From IMG/VR virus record IMGVR_UViG_2541047877_000009: a stretch of 29,737 nt of DNA; one strand, written 5' to 3'. The notes under the pieces were generated by a model. It was not told where the DNA came from, did no database searches, and saw only the letters and a program-made list of their open reading frames with translations. Position numbers and translations under genes: made by a program. This document shows, piece after piece, positions 25,340-29,737 of this stretch (positions within the stretch are counted from its first letter, which is position 1; each line of letters begins with the position of its first letter). Source of the stretch: a virus. Its lineage: Duplodnaviria; Heunggongvirae; Uroviricota; Caudoviricetes.

Positions 25340-27780
25340 ACAATGTAAAATTACAGGTATTGCTCAGGGCTGTTGACCAGGCATCCCGCCCGTTTAAATC
25401 CATCCGTACAGCGAGCAAGTCGCTGTCGGGGGATATCCGGGAAACACAAAAATCACTGCGCGAGCTGAACGGTCAGGCATCCCGTATTGAGGGATTTCGC
25501 AAGACCAGTGCACAGCTCGCCGTGACTGGTCATGCACTTGAAAAGGCACGGCAGGAGGCCGAAGCCCTTGCCACACAGTTTAAAAATACCGAACGTCCGA
25601 CCCGTGCTCAGGCGAAAGTGCTGGAATCAGCAAAGCGTGCGGCGGAGGACTTACAGGCGAAATATAACCGCCTGACGGATTCCGTTAAACGCCAGCAGCG
25701 GGAGCTGGCCGCTGTGGGAATTAATACCCGCAATCTTGCACATGATGAGCAGGGACTGAAAAACCGTATCAGTGAAACCACCGCACAGCTTAACCGTCAG
25801 CGCGACGCGCTGGCGCGTGTCAGTGCGCAACAGGCAAAACTTAACGCAGTCAAACAGCGTTATCAGGCCGGAAAGGAACTGGCCGGAAATATGGCCTCAG
25901 TAGGCGCTGCCGGTGTGGGGATTGCGGCGGCGGGAACGATGGCCGGAGTTAAGTTGCTGATGCCCGGTTATGAGTTTGCGCAGAAAAACTCAGAGTTGCA
26001 GGCTGTGCTCGGTGTGGCAAAAGACTCCGCCGAAATGGCTGCACTACGCAAGCAGGCGCGCCAGCTCGGCGACAACACCGCCGCCTCAGCGGATGATGCG
26101 GCCGGTGCGCAGATTATCATTGCGAAAGCGGGTGGAGATGCTGCGGCTATTCAGGCGGCAACGCCGGTCACGCTGAATATGGCACTGGCGAATCAGCGGT
26201 CGATGGAAGAAAACGCGCAACTGTTGCTGGGGACTAAAGCATCTTTTCAACTGTCAAATGATGATGTCAGCCATGTGGGCGATGTGTTGTCGGCAACGAT
26301 GAATAAGTCGGCGGCTGATTTTCAGGGACTTAGTGATGCACTGACTTATCTTGGCCCGGTCGCAAGAACGGCAGGTGTAAGTCTTGAGCAGGCAGCGGCC
26401 ATGACAGGTGTGCTGCATGACAATAACATCAGGGGGTCAATGGCGGGTACGGGTAGCAGTGCCGTTGTCACCCGATTACAGGCACCGACTGGAAAAGCAT
26501 GGGATGCACTCAAAGAGCTTGGCGTTAAAACCTCGGACAAAAAGGGAAATATGCGTCCGTTGTTCACCATTCTGAAAGAGATTCAGGCCAGCTTTGATAA
26601 ACACAAGCTGGGAACGTCTCAGAAGGGGGAATACCTTAAAACCATTTTTGGTGAGGAAGCCCTGAAATCAGCGAACGTTTTACTGGCAGCGGCTGCAAGC
26701 GGAAAGCTGGATAAGCTGACCGCCACGCTGAAAGCCTCGGACGGTAAAACGGAAGAGCTGGTTAAAATCATGCAGGATAACCTCGGCGGTGACTTTAAGG
26801 AGTTTCAGTCCGCTTATGAGGCGGTGGGGACAGACCTGTTTGACCAGCAGGAAGGCGCACTGCGTAAGCTCACGCAGACGGCCACAAAGTATGTGTTAAA
26901 ACTCGACGGCTGGATCCAGAAAAACAAATCACTGGCATCAACCATCGGCCTCATTGTCGGTGGCGCGCTGGCGCTTATTGGCATCATCGGTGCAATTGGT
27001 CTTGTAGCCTGGCCGGTTATCACCGGCATTAATGCCATCATCGCGGCAGCAGGCGCAATGGGGGCAATCTTCACGACGGTTGGCAGTGCTGTTATGACGG
27101 CCATCGGGGCGATTAGCTGGCCGGTTGTGGCCGTGGTGGCCGCCATTGTCGCCGGGGCGTTGCTTATCCGTAAATACTGGGAGCCTGTCAGCGCATTCTT
27201 TGGCGGTGTGGTGGAAGGGCTGAAAGCGGCATTTGCGCCGGTGGGGGAACTGTTCACGCCACTTAAACCGGTTTTTGACTGGCTGGGTGAAAAGTTACAG
27301 GCCGCGTGGCAGTGGTTTAAAAACCTGATTGCCCCGGTCAAAGCCACTCAGGACACCCTGAACCGTTGCCGTGACACGGGGGTCATGTTCGGGCAGGCAC
27401 TGGCTGACGCGCTGATGCTGCCGCTTAATGCGTTCAACAAACTGCGCAGTGGTATTGACTGGGTACTGGAAAAACTCGGTGTTATCAACAAAGAGTCAGA
27501 CACACTTGACCAGACCGCCGCCAGAACTCAAGCCGCCACGTATGGCAGCGGTGGTTATATTCCGGCGACCAGCTCTTATGCAGGCTATCAGGCTTATCAG
27601 CCGGTCACGGCACCGGCTGGCCGCTCTTATGTGGACCAGAGTAAAAACGAATATCACATCAGCCTGACGGGTGGCACTGCGCCGGGGACACAGCTTGACC
27701 GCCAGTTACAGGATGCGCTCGAAAAATACGAGCGGGATAAACGTGCGCGCGCTCGTGCCAGCATGATGCATGACGGTTAA
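25333..27780 (+). CDS. T: Tail tape-measure protein gpT
   Basis: 815-aa ORF, coiled-coil-rich N-terminal half, Gly/Ala-rich hydrophobic segment in the C-terminal half (IGLIVGGALALIGIIGAIG...); position after E/E'. Confidence 0.9.
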   Translation: MSNNVKLQVLLRAVDQASRPFKSIRTASKSLSGDIRETQKSLRELNGQASRIEGFRKTSAQLAVTGHALEKARQEAEALATQFKNTERPTRAQAKVLESAKRAAEDLQAKYNRLTDSVKRQQRELAAVGINTRNLAHDEQGLKNRISETTAQLNRQRDALARVSAQQAKLNAVKQRYQAGKELAGNMASVGAAGVGIAAAGTMAGVKLLMPGYEFAQKNSELQAVLGVAKDSAEMAALRKQARQLGDNTAASADDAAGAQIIIAKAGGDAAAIQAATPVTLNMALANQRSMEENAQLLLGTKASFQLSNDDVSHVGDVLSATMNKSAADFQGLSDALTYLGPVARTAGVSLEQAAAMTGVLHDNNIRGSMAGTGSSAVVTRLQAPTGKAWDALKELGVKTSDKKGNMRPLFTILKEIQASFDKHKLGTSQKGEYLKTIFGEEALKSANVLLAAAASGKLDKLTATLKASDGKTEELVKIMQDNLGGDFKEFQSAYEAVGTDLFDQQEGALRKLTQTATKYVLKLDGWIQKNKSLASTIGLIVGGALALIGIIGAIGLVAWPVITGINAIIAAAGAMGAIFTTVGSAVMTAIGAISWPVVAVVAAIVAGALLIRKYWEPVSAFFGGVVEGLKAAFAPVGELFTPLKPVFDWLGEKLQAAWQWFKNLIAPVKATQDTLNRCRDTGVMFGQALADALMLPLNAFNKLRSGIDWVLEKLGVINKESDTLDQTAARTQAATYGSGGYIPATSSYAGYQAYQPVTAPAGRSYVDQSKNEYHISLTGGTAPGTQLDRQLQDALEKYERDKRARARASMMHDG

Positions 27781-27794
27781 GGAGGTGACGAAAA

Positions 27795-28274
27795 ATGATG
27801 CTCGCGTTAGGTATGTTTGTTTTTATGCGCCAGACGCTGCCACACCAGACCATGCAGCGTGAATCAGATTATCGCTGGCCGTCAAATTCCCGTATCGGTA
27901 AACGGGATGCCTTTCAGTTTCTCGGTGTTGGCGAGGAAAACATCACGCTTGCCGGTGTGCTTTATCCCGAGCTGACCGGTGGAAAGCTGACGATGACTAC
28001 GCTCAGGCTGATGGCAGAGGAAGGCCGGGCGTGGCCGTTGCTGGATGGCACCGGCATGATTTACGGCATGTATGTCATCAGCAGGGTGAGTGAAACAGGG
28101 AGTATTTTCTTTGCAGACGGCACACCCCGAAAAATTGATTTTACGCTGTCGCTCACCCGCGTTGATGAATCACTGGCCGCGCTTTATGGCGATATCGGTA
28201 AACAGGCGGAATCGCTCATCGGTAAGGCCGGCAGTATGGCGACCAGATTCACAGGTATGACGGGGGCGGGATAA
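27795..28274 (+). CDS. U: Tail protein gpU
   Basis: 159-aa ORF; strong AAGGAGG SD. Confidence 0.85.
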   Translation: MMLALGMFVFMRQTLPHQTMQRESDYRWPSNSRIGKRDAFQFLGVGEENITLAGVLYPELTGGKLTMTTLRLMAEEGRAWPLLDGTGMIYGMYVISRVSETGSIFFADGTPRKIDFTLSLTRVDESLAALYGDIGKQAESLIGKAGSMATRFTGMTGAG

Positions 28275-29437
28275 TGCTGGATGCGCTGACATTTGATGCA
28301 GGCAGTACGCTGACGCCGGATTACATGCTGATGCTCGACAGCAGGGATATTACCGGCAATATCAGCGACCGTCTGATGAGCATGACCCTGACGGATAACC
28401 GGGGCTTTGAGGCTGACCAGCTTGATATTGAACTGGACGATGCTGACGGGCAGGTCGGGCTGCCGGTTCGTGGCGCTGTCCTGACGGTGTATATTGGCTG
28501 GAAAGGTTTTGCCCTGGTATGCAAAGGGAAATTTACCGTTGATGAGGTTGAACACCGGGGAGCGCCGGATGTGGTCACCATCCGCGCCCGGAGTGCGGAT
28601 TTTCGCGGGACGCTCAATTCCCGCCGTGAAGGCTCCTGGCATGACACCACGCTCGGTGCGATTGTTGAAGCGATTGCCTCCCGTAACAGGCTGGAAGCCA
28701 GTGTCGCTCCGTCTCTGGCCGGAATTAAAATCCCGCACATCGACCAGTCGCAGGAGTCTGATGCGAAATTCCTGACCCGTCTTGCAGAACGCAACGGCGG
28801 TGAGGTCTCGGTAAAAATGGGAAAACTGTTGTTTCTCAAAGCGGGGCAGGGGGTGACGGCCAGCGGTAAAAAAATCCCGCAGGTCACCATCACCCGCAGC
28901 GACGGTGACCGTCATCATTTTGCGATTGCTGACCGTGGAGCCTATACCGGCGTAACGGCAAAGTGGCTTCACACCAAAGACCCGAAGCCACAAAAGCAGA
29001 AGGTAAAACTGAAACGCAAAAAGAAAGAAAAACACCTGCGCGCACTGGAACACCCGAAAGCGAAACCAGTCACGCAGAAGAAAGCGCCAAAAGTACCGGA
29101 AGCGCGCGAAGGTGAATACATGGCAGGTGAGGCTGACAACGTTTTTGCCCTGACCACGGTATATGCCACGAAATCGCAGGCCATGCGCGCCGCTCAGGCG
29201 AAGTGGGATAAGCTGCAACGGGGCGTTGCGGAGTTCTCCATCAGTCTGGCTACTGGTCGGGCAGATATTTACACGGAAACGCCGGTCAAAGTATCAGGCT
29301 TTAAGCGCGTCATAGACGAGCAGGACTGGACAATCACTAAGGTGACACATTTTCTGAATAATAGCGGCTTCACGACGTCCTTGGAGCTTGAGGTCAGGCT
29401 TTCTGATGTGGAGTACGAAACAGAAGATGATGAGTGA
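28274..29437 (+). CDS. D: Tail/baseplate hub protein gpD (late control gene D)
   Basis: 387-aa ORF, the length I recall for P2 D; overlaps the U stop. Confidence 0.85.
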   Translation: MLDALTFDAGSTLTPDYMLMLDSRDITGNISDRLMSMTLTDNRGFEADQLDIELDDADGQVGLPVRGAVLTVYIGWKGFALVCKGKFTVDEVEHRGAPDVVTIRARSADFRGTLNSRREGSWHDTTLGAIVEAIASRNRLEASVAPSLAGIKIPHIDQSQESDAKFLTRLAERNGGEVSVKMGKLLFLKAGQGVTASGKKIPQVTITRSDGDRHHFAIADRGAYTGVTAKWLHTKDPKPQKQKVKLKRKKKEKHLRALEHPKAKPVTQKKAPKVPEAREGEYMAGEADNVFALTTVYATKSQAMRAAQAKWDKLQRGVAEFSISLATGRADIYTETPVKVSGFKRVIDEQDWTITKVTHFLNNSGFTTSLELEVRLSDVEYETEDDE

Positions 29438-29518
29438 TGTTTTTATTTTATCTGTTTGTTTTATAAGGATAAATTAACTAAAATGGCACCATCAATAAAA
29501 CCGGAAGAGGTGCTCGCG

Positions 29519-29737
29519 ATGTTTCATTGTCCTTTATGCCAGCATGCCGCACATGCGCGTACAAGTCGCTATATCACTGACACGACAAAAGAGCGTTATC
29601 ACCAGTGCCAGAACGTGAATTGCAGCGCCACGTTCATCACTTATGAGTCGGTACAGCGATACATCGTGAAGCCGGGAGAAGTCCACGCCGTAAGACCGCA
29701 CCCGTTGCCGTCAGGGCAGCAAATTATGTGGATGTGA
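29519..29737 (+). CDS. ogr: Ogr, zinc-finger activator of late transcription. ORF track start 29456 is an upstream extension.
   Basis: 72-aa product MFHCPLCQHAAHARTSRYITDTTKERYHQCQNVNCSATF... with a CxxC-N22-CxxxxC zinc-binding arrangement, matching P2 Ogr as I recall it; AT-rich upstream region; last gene before the expected attR. Confidence 0.85.
   Translation: MFHCPLCQHAAHARTSRYITDTTKERYHQCQNVNCSATFITYESVQRYIVKPGEVHAVRPHPLPSGQQIMWM

Noticed and set aside
29456-29518. N-terminal 21-codon extension of ogr in the ORF track
   Set aside because: The recalled Ogr protein starts at MFHCPLCQ (29519); the upstream codons lie in the AT-rich promoter region and are probably untranslated.
1-29737. 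CRISPR arrays, tRNA or rRNA genes, insertion sequences
   Set aside because: No regularly spaced direct repeats, no tRNA-like cloverleaf candidates and no transposase-like ORFs with terminal inverted repeats were seen; the only recombinases are the phage integrase and the tail-fibre invertase.

Overview
The window is almost entirely a P2-like (Peduovirus-type) temperate prophage in canonical prophage order: int – C – cox – B – orf cluster – A – [accessory cargo] – cos – Q P (minus) – O N M L X Y K lysA lysB/lysC R S – V W J I H G – [invertible tail-fibre segment + invertase] – FI FII E/E' T U D – ogr. All identifications rest on ORF lengths, synteny and my recall of P2 proteins; no database search was run. 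The integrase stop codon sits at positions 1-3 and the ogr stop at 29735-29737, so both att junctions lie just outside the window. Two places depart from the P2 backbone. (1) Between replication gene A and cos, where P2 carries tin/old, there is a different cargo: a DUF3850/ASCH-like ORF, small ORFs, and a visibly AT-rich 298-aa ORF (6766..7662) with no motif I can recognise. This is the best candidate for an undescribed accessory (possibly anti-phage) function. (2) Where P2 has Z/fun, there is a Hin/Gin-family serine invertase beside an invertible tail-fibre segment, with two 26-bp crossover sites that would fuse an alternative C-terminus to H in frame. Also supported by sequence: a 19-nt cos match, an E/E' -1 frameshift site, an embedded lysC within lysB, palindromic operators in the C/cox switch, and an intrinsic terminator after Q.
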